A stretch of DNA of 62,955 nt, the filler included, from Octopus bimaculoides (taxonomy: Eukaryota), in the NCBI RefSeq assembly GCF_001194135.2. It is 8 parts of 7 records of this genome, joined end to end, with 100 filler letters (N's around TTAATTAATTAA, not from the genome) between each part and the next. Parts side by side here need not be neighbours in the genome. Positions count along the whole stretch, not along the records: positions 1 to 16,095 come from NC_068982.1; 7 more parts are not named here. One strand, given 5' to 3'. Under the pieces are notes generated by a model. That model was not told where the DNA came from. It saw only the letters and a program-made list of their open reading frames with translations, and made no database searches. This document shows, one piece after another, positions 1 to 12,157 of this stretch (position 1 is its first letter; each line of letters opens with the position of its first letter). The position numbers and the translations under genes were made by a program.

Positions 1-184
1 ATTTTAAAACAAACATATAATTTTCTTATGGTTTCTTAAACATTCTCTACAACAACACTGTACAAATCCAAATATATGGTACCCTAGGCATAACACCTAC
101 ATGAACTTCTAGCTTGTTGTCTCTTGAGGTCTCTGGGTGAGACTTGGATCCAACTTGTACAAATGCAAAGTAAAAGTCAAACAT

Positions 185-186
185 AA

Positions 187-248
<62 letters not shown>

Positions 249-1050
249 CGATAATTCTTTATTTATTGGCCATCAGGGCCGAACACAAAATATAGAGGAC
301 GATACACAGACGAGGGACAGTGAAGTTAAACGTGTAAACAAAGAAATTATATTAATAGGTGTGAGTTCCACCGCAAAGTGACCAAAGAAACTTCTCGCAC
401 TTTGGACCTCTTAACACCAACGGCTCCTCGAGAAGACACCCTCTCTTCTCCCTTCCATCCGGCCTACAGGCGCACACTTAGAGAAGGCCCATTCACGTGG
501 ACCATTTTTGCTACATTCACCCATCTTTCAACGAATTTACTGGGTAACAGTACCTCCCTCTCCAGCCTCACTTTCCTTTTCAGGTGGAACCTGAAAAAGA
601 CAATAAGGCCTTGGCCAAAGAGGAAGGTACCCATCTTCAACCCTTTCAATTGCGTCCACCACACAACCTCTTTTGCTATAGCCATCAGACAGAGAAAAAT
701 TGCCCTCCCTTCCCGGCCAAAGGAAGGAGGCAGGGCGATCTTCACAATGGACTGGGACGATAGCCGGATCCGTCATAACGTGACAATAACTGTTCGATAA
801 AGCTCCACAAGTCAGCAATGCGCAGACACTGTACGAGAGCATGCAGAACGGCTTCATCGCTCCACGTGCATCTCGGACAAGCCCAACTGACTGCACACCC
901 GTGCCTGTAGAGCTTATCTCGAACCGGCAGTGTCCCCCGGTAGCACAGCCAGGCCAGGGATATCTGGAAGTTATCCATAGTTCCCGATCCGAAAGTCCTC
1001 CGGAAGAGACCAGCCAGTTGATCCCCCTCAACGCAAAGGACCTCTCCTAG
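185..1050 (-). mobile_element. L1/Tx1-clade LINE, 3' fragment (ORF2 C-terminal zinc-finger region, 3'UTR, (ATT)n tail)
   Basis: Minus-strand frames 742-978 (WLCYRGTLPVRDKLYRHG...CPRC...EAVLHALVQC...W) and 464-745 match the CxxC..E..H...C (zf-RVT) C-terminus of L1/Tx1 ORF2. They are followed by a 3'UTR ending CTGATGCCAATAAAAGAA and an (ATT)n tail at 185-245. Confidence 0.8.
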
Positions 1051-1331
1051 TATGTTGTCGCTCTAATAATGGTAATGATAATAATAGTTCAGTACAAATG
1101 ACTAAAGTAAATACAAATATAACATTACAAAAAACAGGAAGTTATTTATGTTATAAAATATGCTGAAGAAACACAAAGGTGAAAGATAAAAGAAAATCAC
1201 AAATTAGCTCTCATCAGATGATTGGATAATGCATAAAGCGGAGGAAAAAGGTTAATTTAGTTATCAAAATTCAGACACGTGGAGAGTGAATATTGTTTGA
1301 CATGTCTAGTGCCATTTTATCTTCTTTCCTT

Positions 1332-1552
1332 CTTTTGTTTTACTTGTCTCACTCATTGGACTGCGGACATGCTGGGGTGCCTCCTTGGAGGATCATGGTC
1401 GAACAAATCGACCCCAGCACATATATTTCTTTTTAAGTCTGCTACTTTTTCTATGCTTCTCTTTTACCGGGCCACTAAGTTAACAAAACAACACCGGTTG
1501 TCCAGTAGTATGAGGGACAAACACAGACACTAACACACACACACACACACAC
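1332..1552 (-). mobile_element. SINE family A, 3' body and tail
   Basis: Reverse complement of the recurring tail GGCGGTGCTCCAGCATGGCCGCAGTCAAATGACTGAAACAAGTAAAAG plus body GTGTCTGTGTTTGTCCC; similar to copies at 1565, 13100, 37050, 41480. Confidence 0.8.
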
Positions 1553-1564
1553 ATTCTTTTATTC

Positions 1565-1769
1565 TTATACTTGTTTCAGTCGTTTGACTACGGTCATACC
1601 GGAGCAACGCCTTGGAGGGTTTTAGTCGAACAAATCGCTCCCAAGACTTATTTCTTGTCTAGTACTTATTCTATCGGTTTCTTATGTCGAACCGCTACGT
1701 TACGAGGACATAAACACATAAACACATCAACACAAAGGCACACACACACATACACACACGCGCGCGCGT

Positions 1770-1822
<53 letters not shown>

Positions 1823-1960
1823 CAACAGGCTTCTTTTAGTTTCCGTTTATCAAATCCACTCACAAAGCTCTGGTCGGCTCGAAGTTATAATAGAAAACAC
1901 TTGCCCAAAGTGCTACGCAGTGGGACTGAACCCGGAACCATGTTGTTGGAAAGAAGCACA
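1565..1960 (-). mobile_element. SINE family A, near full length (tRNA-like head, internal CA/TA microsatellite, CR1-type tail)
   Basis: Head with B-box-like GGGTTCAGTCCC near 1921-1935, body GCACTTTGGGCAAGTGTTTTCTA, internal (CA)n(TA)n at about 1740-1822, conserved tail at 1565-1615. Confidence 0.85.
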
Positions 1961-2227
1961 TAAACCTATAAATAATAGCATGTAAATATAGGGTTGAANN
2001 NNNNNNNNNNNNNNNNNNNNNNNNNNNNNNNNNNNNNNNNNNNNNNNNNNNNNNNNNNNNNNNNNNNNNNNNNNNNNNNNNNNNNNNNNNNNNNNNNNNN
2101 NNNNNNNNNNNNNNNNNNNNNNNNNNNNNNNNNNNNNNNNNNNNNNNNNNNNNNNNNNNNNNNNNNNNNNNNNNNNNNNNNNNNNNNNNNNNNNNNNNNN
2201 NNNNNNNNNNNNNNNNNNNNNNNNNNN

Positions 2228-2258
<31 letters not shown>

Positions 2259-2384
2259 AATTGCAACGTGGAAGGTGTTTGTAAGCCATTTAAGAACACG
2301 CAAAAACCGTTAGTTTTCACTTCAACATTTAAATATATATGTGTGTGTGTGTATGTATGTATGTATGTATGTATGTATAAAATA

Positions 2385-2550
2385 TGCTTCCACGCGGTTT
2401 CCGCCTTCCAAATTTACTCACAAAGCATTAGTCGACTCGGAGCAATAGTACAAGACACTTGCTCAAGGTCCCGCACTGTGGGACTGAATCCGAAAGCACG
2501 TGGTGGCAAAGTTAGCTTCTTAACCACACGGCAATGCCTGTGTCTGATGA
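2385..2550 (-). mobile_element. SINE family A, 5' half
   Basis: Head GTGTGGTTAAGAAGCT...GGATTCAGTCCCACAGTGCGGGACCTTGAGCAAGTGTCTTG aligns with the copy at 55461; it runs into (TACA)n. Confidence 0.8.
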
Positions 2551-5500
2551 GTTACGTGAAATTGCCACTGGCTTAGATGTAGGTTTATACATAACCTAAC
2601 ATTCTATTTAATATCAGTATATATAGAATTCAGATTGGCATGCGATTGCGCATATTTGTAGAGACTTTAAAAGCGATGTTTAGTTATTGTTACACAAGTG
2701 AAAAATTATGTTGAAGATGGTATTTTCAAGGAAATTTGCATTACTTTGTTTATTTACTCATTAATTTATTGTGGTATACCTACCCTCTTTAACTACGAAT
2801 CGTTGAATGACAAAAGTAACTTTTTTTCTCTCTAAAACGGCAGTATAATGTATAAGTTTTCAAGCAAATATGCATATTTGGGTAAAAAATATTGTAGTGA
2901 TGATACAAAAGACACAATTTAGCCTAGATAAGTAATTTAAAGCAACTTCCAAAATATGGTTTCCAAATACTAAAAAGTTACAAGCAAATTATTTTTAACG
3001 ATGGACCTCGGAGTAGATAAATCTATAAATAATTGCATATAGAATATTGGGTTAAAAACCCCTAGGATGGTAAAAGTCGAATGCTGCTGGTGTGACACAA
3101 AACTACAACCTAATATTCTACACACTATTAGTTATAGCTTTATCTGCTTTGAGTTCCATCATTAAAAATAATTTACTTCGTATCTCTCGAAGTTTCTAAA
3201 ACGATTCTAAAGAATTATATTTTGAATATTACTGAAAGCATTGCCAAAATGAAAGCCAATGTAAAAAGAAAAATAAATTTTATGAACTGAACAAGTTAAA
3301 ATGAAAACTTAACATTAAACACCAAATCCATTATGACACGCACAGAAATGTGCTGGCGGAGTGAAAAGATGGGTGATTTGTGATATTCAAATAATACAGA
3401 CTTTTGACGTTCAATACAGTAATGGCAGCAGTTGATTTGTAGCTGCAAATGTCTAATGGGTAAAAGTTGTTGCGATGCGCAAGGCGCCGATATTCCTATT
3501 AAAGGTGTCGATGTGAACCATAAATTTCTGTCTTCTTACATCTATCTGAAAAGAACAGGCGCCAGGGATGTTCAGCACTTTATGTCCTCCCCATAATGTG
3601 CAACCCCACTCTTTCCGCCTTACATTGTGTGCCATTTGAACTCTTCCTCTTAGGCTCTACAATGTGTGCCTTTGAGTCCTTCTTCTCAGATCCTACAATG
3701 TGCTTCTCTCTCTCCCAGCCCTGCAATGAGGTCCTCCTTCCCCAATATTTTTCTACAACATCCTCCAGTCATCATCCTCGTCACAACGGTTGGAAAACGC
3801 AGTCGAAAAATTATAGTTAACTTGCGAACAGAAAGAATACAGTGAAATTGCTGCAATGAATGAAGTAACCAGTATTTCAAACAGAGATTAGGAGGGAGTG
3901 AAGGGATTGGCTGAGAGAAAGAAAATAAAAGAAAGACGGCAGAGTTTTCAAAATCTGTTTTTGAGAAAGTGGTTGTAATTGATCTTCCTATCAACTTTAC
4001 TCTGAATAAACCTTGAACATTCCACTCTCTGCGGTAATTTCAGTATAATTTTTCTTACTTTTTTGTAACTAATATAAATCTTGCCCATGCAGACCACCCG
4101 CCTAATCTCCTTAGATTGTTTTAACTGGATAAATTTGTTACAAGGTCAAATTCAAAATATTTCACGCTAAATCGTGTGACAGGTCATAACATCCTACAAG
4201 CTCCGCAGCCCATACCACTTTATACCCTCCATCTTTCGTTTCGGAAGTGACTTGACTTGCTCTCTCACTATTACTAGGTGTCTGTGTTTCTAATTGGATG
4301 AAGAAATTTTCTGTAAGTTACTTGTGACGCCCCCAATTTTAGTATCCCATGTGATCTACTGGTCTGTCTAGTACCATTCTTGCATTAGATTTAAAATAAA
4401 ATTAAATTAAATTTAAAATAAATGGTATGACGAAGGAACAAGCCTCATAACTTCTGTTGGCTCTTCGAGATGAGTGCAGCGGATGCCATTGGATACAACT
4501 TGAATATTTGCAAAAAGGGTGACCAAAAATATGCAAATGGACAAAATTCTAAAATTCACAATTCTAAAAGTGGATGTTAGGCAATAAATCTTTTCATGAC
4601 TACTTCTGATGAAATACTCTGCCAATATTAATATGTATTGAAGGTATGGTATTCACTACGTAAAACTTTATTTTCTACATTAGACAGATTATTTTATACA
4701 TTATACTTGTAATTTATACACTAAATAAAGCATTTTATACATTTATCAAAATTTTCAACCAGATAGTTATGAAAACTTATAGATAAGTGTGCATACCGTG
4801 CATATTTTGTCGAGGTCATAGTCCTCCATGACAAACGGATTTTATACATTATACTTGTAGTTTATTCTTTAGATGAAATATTTTATATATTTGTCAGTAT
4901 TTCCAGCCAAGCAGTTTGATAAGTATGCATATTGGTCGAGATTATAATCCTTCATTTAACTAGATATTCCCTGAGAAAGTGTTCTAATTGAGCAAGTTAT
5001 ATGCTCAACGCCTGTTTTCATGTTGAATCTATAATCGTCTCTAATATCTCCAATTCAAAGCAGGATTTTAAAGTAGCAAGGTTTCTGGAAAGTTCTCACC
5101 ATTCTTCCTCTTAGCCCCCTTCTCATGCCACCATGGAACTTCATAACATTTTTATGCAGTTTTATCCTCTATATAGCTACATTTACTTAACAAATCGATT
5201 GATCTTGTCTATTATTAAATGCAGATTTAGCACGATCTAGCAAAGCCGATCCGGAACGAACAGATTATAGGAAAAGTTTTCCTGTCGAAGATGGTGTAGA
5301 TTTCAATTAGAGTGGAAGCGTGGAAAGAAATCCCAATTCTGTTGGATGTTCAAAGTCTAATTACATTTTAATATTAACTCAAAAATCAAAGAATTTCAAG
5401 AAGGTAGTTACAATATATTTAGGCAAGAACGGCTATGATTATCTTCAACACAGCTTCATGAAAGGAAAGGTGAATATATAATAACTGGGTGTGTAGCGAG

Positions 5501-6093
5501 GTGTAGCCTATATATATTCTCTCAACACTTTACTGATCACTCTAGGTATCGTCAAAATTAACAACAGGAACAGGAACAAGAGGATTAGCAGCAACAAGAA
5601 GCTAGATGTCAGAAGACAAAACTAATAAGATTGTTACAAAATTGTTGATCCATTCATGGATCACGTGGAATCTCAATGTTATAGAGTTTGTACGTAACTT
5701 CCGTGACTTTAATTTCCGTATCGTTAAATAAGATGAAACACAAATATCTCCTTAAATATGACACTGTTATATAGCAGTTAATTTAACCTAGGGCCTGCCA
5801 CTGTTTATTCCCAATAATTAGAAGAAGTATAATATATAATAAAATAATGTCTCATTGCTCACAGATCATGTGATGTCAGCAGTGAATTTAAACTAATAAT
5901 GTAGGAGCTCCTACACAACCGTTTGAGGTGTTTAAAATAACCACGTTTGAAGACGGTAGGGTGTTTGGGTGGGGCAAAATGAGACGATTTGGTAGGACTG
6001 CTTGAATGCTGAGGAAATCGCACGACTGACTGAACATTCAACATGTTTTGGTGACAGAACACTTTGGCACTGGAGAATTCACTCACACATTCA

Positions 6094-6130
<37 letters not shown>

Positions 6131-6399
6131 ACGCAAGCGCACACAGACATTTGCATATACAAACAGTGATGGATAAAGTGAGAGAGACATTACATATACA
6201 CACAAACATACCTATGGGTTCACATTCATCAAAAGAGAGAGAGGTGGGAGAACAAGAAAAACATTAAAATGCCTGATGTCAAATAAGTCAGCGTCAAATC
6301 AACAACGCCAAACTGGTGGGGCCAAAACGGTTGTCAAAATATTTCGTACCCTTATTTGTAGTATATTTGAATTAGGAACTTCTTTTTAAAACAGCAGGT

Positions 6400-6600
6400 T
6401 GTTATTCGAGTGATATTTGGAATACTAAGCAAATATCCCTCGAATTAGACCCTACTGTCTAAAAATAAAAAGGAAATGCACATTGGATAATGTAATCATA
6501 ACTACACTATGTCTGGGAAAAGATGAGATTGTCACAGCTGAAAAACCTTTGATCGTAAAACTCTGAGCAATCATAGTTGCCCTGGGACCAAATAATAAAA
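6400..6600 (+). mobile_element. Unclassified SINE-like 3' tail (related partial copies at 44200-44410)
   Basis: GTCACAGCTG.A...CCTTTGATC...G.CCTGGG..AAATAA motif recurs three times at 44200-44410. Confidence 0.45.
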
Positions 6601-6922
6601 ATTACTCACACAAGTTAGCAGTCCAATACATCGGTGACTCTATAATTTCACAAGGCGGTAATAACCTGATTAATAATTTATCTCTATTTAATAACAGCCG
6701 ATATAAACGTTGGTTGGTTTCTCCAGTCAAACTTTTACATCGAATAGAAAGAATGAAAGAGAGTAGCAGAGAGACACAGAGAAACTTAACATAAGAGGTG
6801 CGAGACGAGTGTCTTACAACTTTCTGGGGAAAAAATACATATTTTTTGCGAGATTTTACTGGGGTAAGTTTTCGATGTGGTGGGTTGCAATTTTATAAAA
6901 GTCAGAAAAAAAAAATAATATA

Positions 6923-7285
6923 TCAGGTCATCCCATAAGTTCTGTCCGAATTTTGAATAAAGAAGACAAGTGATCAAATGTTATATTTAATTGAAATTTA
7001 ATCATCAATGTACTTTCCCTGATTATCTATGACTCCCTTCCGTCTATTTACAAGTTTTTTAATCCCGTCAGTGTAAAATTATTTTGGTTTCAAAGCGAAG
7101 AACTCTGAAATGTCAGTTTCGACCTCCTCCTGGCTTGCGAGAGTTATGTCCCCCAAATGATTCTGTAAACTATGAAACAAATGGTTATCTGAAGGAGCAA
7201 GGTCGAGAGAATAAGGTGGATGAGGAATTTCTTCCCAACCAAGCTCTTTGATATTATGTGATGTGATCTTTGCAGTGTGGGGTAG
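6923..7285 (-). mobile_element. mariner (DD34D) transposon 3' remnant with TIR
   Basis: Manual minus-strand translation: PHTAKITSHNIKELGWEEIPHPPYSLDLAPSDNHLFHSLQNHLG...SQEEVETDISEFFALKPK*FYTDGIK.LVNR.KGVIDNQGKYIDD* (mariner YSPDLAPxD signature). Terminal TA|TCAGGTCATCCCATAAGTT at 6921-6941. Confidence 0.9.
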
Positions 7286-7659
7286 ACTGCGGCCCCAGTA
7301 TGGCCGCAGTCTAATGACTGAAACAAGTCATAAGATAAACAGTTTCAGCAACAAATTAAAAGACCGGAAATAAATAACGAACTAAATACATCACCACAAC
7401 CACGAACACCACCAGCAACGACAACAACAATAAAAACAATTTCTAGGTTTTTTGGGGTTTTTTTTAAAACAAAACGACGCAAAAGTAATTAATCTTTTAA
7501 AAGAATTGACGGTAATTTTTAAGACTGAAATCGTTTGCAGCACGATTTCGGTTGGTGGAACTTCCTTGAGAAAACTGTGAGACAATATTGGAAGTATTCT
7601 GTTTAATTGAAATGAAATCAATCTGATGATAGCGGCGATGGTAATGTTGATGGTAATTA

Positions 7660-7723
7660 TTAAAACACAAATAATAATAATAATAACAATAATAATAACA
7701 ATAACAATAATAATAATAATAAC

Positions 7724-7789
<66 letters not shown>

Positions 7790-7820
7790 GATGATGATGA
7801 TGATAAGGAGGAGGAGGATT
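7660..7820. repeat. (AAT)n/(GAT)n microsatellite
   Basis: Seen directly; source of the poly-Ile ORF 7626-7823. Confidence 0.98.
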
Positions 7821-8552
7821 TAAGAAATGTTTTCATTAAATTAGAACGGAAATGGGTGAAGAAACTTTTTGGTTTTTGAGTCCTTCTTTCTTTACTTGTT
7901 CTAATGAGATATTAAAACAAAACTATATATANNNNNNNNNNNNNNNNNNNNNNNNNNNNNNNNNNNNNNNNNNNNNNNNNNNNNNNNNNNNNNNNNNNNN
8001 NNNNNNNNNNNNNNNNNNNNNNNNNNNNNNNNNNNNNNNNNNNNNNNNNNNNNNNNNNNNNNNNNNNNNNNNNNNNNNNNNNNNNNNNNNNNNNNNNNNN
8101 NNNNNNNNNNNNNNNNNNNNNNNNNNNNNNNNNNNNNNNNNNNNNNNNNNNNNNNNNNNNNNNNNNNNNNNNNNNNNNNNNNNNNNNNNNNNNNNNNNNN
8201 NNNNNNNNNNNNNNNNNNNNNNNNNNNNNNNNNNNNNNNNNNNNNNNNNNNNNNNNNNNNNNNNNNNNNNNNNNNNNNNNNNNNNNNNNNNNNNNNNNNN
8301 NNNNNNNNNNNNNNNNNNNNNNNNNNNNNNNNNNNNNNNNNNNNNNNNNNNNNNNNNNNNNNNNNNNNNNNNNNNNNNNNNNNNNNNNNNNNNNNNNNNN
8401 NNNNNNNNNNNNNNNNNNNNNNNNNNNNNNNNNNNNNNNNNNNNNNNNNNNNNNNNNNNNNNNNNNNNNNNNNNNNNNNNNNNNNNNNNNNNNNNNNNNN
8501 NNNNNNNNNNNNNNNNNNNNNNNNNNNNNNNNNNNNNNNNNNNNNNNNNNNN

Positions 8553-8887
8553 NTATATGTATATAAGTATGAATGGACGGATATGTATGGTTAGATGGAT
8601 AGATGGACGGATAGCGGGTTGCATGCGCGTATGTATGCATAAGCTTACATATGTGTGTATGTATGTGTGCTTGTGCATATCTATGTGAATATGTATTTAT
8701 ATTTACAAGTGTATGCACGTATGTGTATATAGGTGTGCATATACATGTATAAATGTGTGTGCATAAATGTAGATGAATAATTCTATATATATATATGAGT
8801 ATATACATACATATATATATACATACATGTATGCATGCATGCATACATACATACATAGATACATACATACATACATACATACATACA

Positions 8888-8918
<31 letters not shown>

Positions 8919-9050
8919 TTATATTGAAATGAGTTTCAATATGTGGGAGATTGTATAGAAAGTGAAAATGTGAAAGGAAGATGAAAGAAAAGCTGGGATA
9001 AAGAGAGGATGACGGAGAGAAAAAGAACGCAGCCAAAAGGAAATAAGTGG

Positions 9051-9120
<70 letters not shown>
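8553..9120. repeat. (TACA)n/(TA)n low-complexity tract and (GA)n microsatellite
   Basis: Seen directly; (GA)n at about 9055-9115. Confidence 0.95.
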
Positions 9121-9124
<4 letters not shown>

Positions 9125-9388
9125 GATAAAGATCTAGAGAGATATTAGAAAGAGAGACAGGATAGGAAAGGGAGAGTTAGATTATAAGGGCTGAAAGAAT
9201 GAGAGACAAAGCAAGAGAGAAAGAAACAGAAAAAGAGTTTAAATTTTAAAGAAATACAAAGAAAGAAATTGGTGGGTGCTGCAGATGAGATTGAAAAAAA
9301 TTACGTCACCTAAATATGGAGACAACACATAAGGAATAAATAAATATATATATATATTGTATATTCCTTATGTATCGCTTCCATGTCC

Positions 9389-9451
<63 letters not shown>

Positions 9452-9559
9452 CCTTGTATATCGTTTCTACGTCCATATATATATATATATACCTTATGTA
9501 TCGCTTCCATGTCCATGTGATGTAACGTTTTTTTTTTTCAATCCCTGTCTGCATATATA

Positions 9560-10661
9560 TATATATTTAGTTAATTTTTTCCGAAACATGGGCTTAAGCA
9601 TTGTTTTTGATAATGATATAACTAAAGCCAACTTTTTGGATATTACACTTAACTTGCATAATGATTCATATTTCCCATACCATAAATCCTCAACTAATTA
9701 AAAATATATTAGCTCTTTCAGTAATTACTTTAATGCTATTACAAAGAATTTAGTTAGAAATATTTCACTTAGACTTTCTAGATTATCTACTAATGTTGAT
9801 ATCTTCAACGATAAAGCTGAATTTTATAACTGCCTTACTTAAAGCAGGCTATAAAGGAAAAATTACCTATATTTACTCTATTGAAATTAATTCTACCTCT
9901 ATTAATCAGGATATGAAATCAAGTCAAAACGATATTAACAATATTAATTTTATTTCGAATAACACCAAGTCGCGTAAAGCAATTCTGCAGTGTAAGGGAG
10001 ATAACCGTTATTTAAGACCCTACTTTCATTATAAAGGTACATCGAAGACTTTTAAAGATAATTACCCTAATAACAAGGTATCTCCTAGCAAAACTGTTTA
10101 GTTAATAATTCCATATGGTAAGCAGATCAAATTCAAGCTCCCTTACCAGTTTCGTGAAGCTACAGAAAAGAATTTCACAAGAAATTCAAGATACTATTCG
10201 ATTATTAATTCACATCGAATCAGGATAGGGTTTTCCAACACAAAAATCTTTCACAAGTCATCTCTTCGCATAATAATAAGTTGTTAAATACAAATCCACT
10301 TAATGAAAATAGTAACATTGGTATTGTTAACACTAACCATTCTTTAAATAATAATAGCAGCGGTGTTAGTGTTTCTGATGTGGATTCCAATTGCATTCGT
10401 TTCATTAGCAGTAATTCTAAGACTAGAAACTTTATTTATCAATGTAAAATTACTTCTGGTTCTGACGTCTTTTTTTTATATAGGTAGTTCTTCATCTCAG
10501 TTGTCCAAAAGAATATCTAATCATTACTCTACATTTAGACATATCAATAAACGTAACAATACTGGGCTTAGTAAATTAATTTGGTATCTAAAGGACCATA
10601 ATAAACAATTTGATTTGGAATGGAATATTCTATCTATATCTTTTCCGTGTGATAAAGGTAA
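9560..10661 (+). mobile_element. Penelope-like element remnant (RT thumb, linker, GIY-YIG endonuclease)
   Basis: NFFRNMGLSIVFDNDITKANFLDITLNLHNDSYFPYHK (PLE RT C-terminus) and FIYQCKITSGSDVFF-YIGSSSSQLSKRISNHYSTFRHINKRNNTGLSKLIWYLKDHNKQFDLEWNIL (GIY-YIG). Several frameshifts; the remnant runs into the N gap. Confidence 0.9.
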
Positions 10662-11510
10662 NNNNNNNNNNNNNNNNNNNNNNNNNNNNNNNNNNNNNNN
10701 NNNNNNNNNNNNNNNNNNNNNNNNNNNNNNNNNNNNNNNNNNNNNNNNNNNNNNNNNNNNNNNNNNNNNNNNNNNNNNNNNNNNNNNNNNNNNNNNNNNN
10801 NNNNNNNNNNNNNNNNNNNNNNNNNNNNNNNNNNNNNNNNNNNNNNNNNNNNNNNNNNNNNNNNNNNNNNNNNNNNNNNNNNNNNNNNNNNNNNNNNNNN
10901 NNNNNNNNNNNNNNNNNNNNNNNNNNNNNNNNNNNNNNNNNNNNNNNNNNNNNNNNNNNNNNNNNNNNNNNNNNNNNNNNNNNNNNNNNNNNNNNNNNNN
11001 NNNNNNNNNNNNNNNNNNNNNNNNNNNNNNNNNNNNNNNNNNNNNNNNNNNNNNNNNNNNNNNNNNNNNNNNNNNNNNNNNNNNNNNNNNNNNNNNNNNN
11101 NNNNNNNNNNNNNNNNNNNNNNNNNNNNNNNNNNNNNNNNNNNNNNNNNNNNNNNNNNNNNNNNNNNNNNNNNNNNNNNNNNNNNNNNNNNNNNNNNNNN
11201 NNNNNNNNNNNNNNNNNNNNNNNNNNNNNNNNNNNNNNNNNNNNNNNNNNNNNNNNNNNNNNNNNNNNNNNNNNNNNNNNNNNNNNNNNNNNNNNNNNNN
11301 NNNNNNNNNNNNNNNNNNNNNNNNNNNNNNNNNNNNNNNNNNNNNNNNNNNNNNNNNNNNNNNNNNNNNNNNATATATATATATGCACACACATATATAT
11401 ACATATACACACACACACACACACATGCACATACATATATATATACAGGGTGTTCAAAAAGTCTCTCCTTCAGCTTTCCTCTACCTCCCTCCTTCTCTCT
11501 CTCTCTCTCT

Positions 11511-11548
11511 CTCACCTCGAAGAAGGACAGACGTCCGAAACGTTAGAG
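11511..11548 (+). ncRNA. Degenerate minimal type I hammerhead ribozyme motif
   Basis: CCTC-GAAGA-A-GGAC-AGAC-GTCC-GAAA-CG-TT-AGAG: stem II GGAC/GTCC and palindromic AACGTT stem III. The core CUGANGA is damaged. Confidence 0.5.
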
Positions 11549-12084
11549 TTTTCTTCCTTCTTACATAAAAGTTTTCCCTCTATTTGAAATGTTTGTATTA
11601 CTTTATGAAGACACAAGAACTTTACTATTTTTCTTCGTGTCAACTATTTTACTCCAAAAATTGACTTTGTGCCAAGTCAAAAGAAAATCATTATTTGATT
11701 AACAATCTGATTTCTTAATAAAAGGCAGGAAAAAAATACTTTCAGCTGTCAAATATTTTCACTGGAGAAAACAAAGTGGATAATTGTTGATATATATATA
11801 TATGTGTGCATGTGTGTGTCTGTGTATGAGATTGTATGTGTGTGTGTATGTGTGTATGTGTGTATGTGTGAGTGTGCGTGTGTGTGTGTGTATAAAGGAA
11901 AAAGAGTGGAAAGAGGAAAGTGAGAGAGAGAGAGAAAGAGAAAGACAAAGGAAATTCAGAGAAAGAAAGAGAAAACTTACTTAAGCATTACATCGAAATT
12001 TGTCTAAACCTACTAATAGATTCAACTTCGTTCTTTCTTTCGTTATCAATTCTTTTCCATCGTCATTTCCTTCTGATTGCACGA

Positions 12085-12085
12085 C

Positions 12086-12155
<70 letters not shown>
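12085..12155. repeat. (ATT)n microsatellite
   Basis: Seen directly. Confidence 0.98.

Positions 12156-12157
<2 letters not shown>

Noticed and set aside
2548-2575. CTGATGA...GAAA near the SINE A head
   Set aside because: No stems I-III; chance match.
3590-3760. Recurring ACAATGTG every ~27-38 bp
   Set aside because: Period is irregular and the units are too diverged to define; no open frame.
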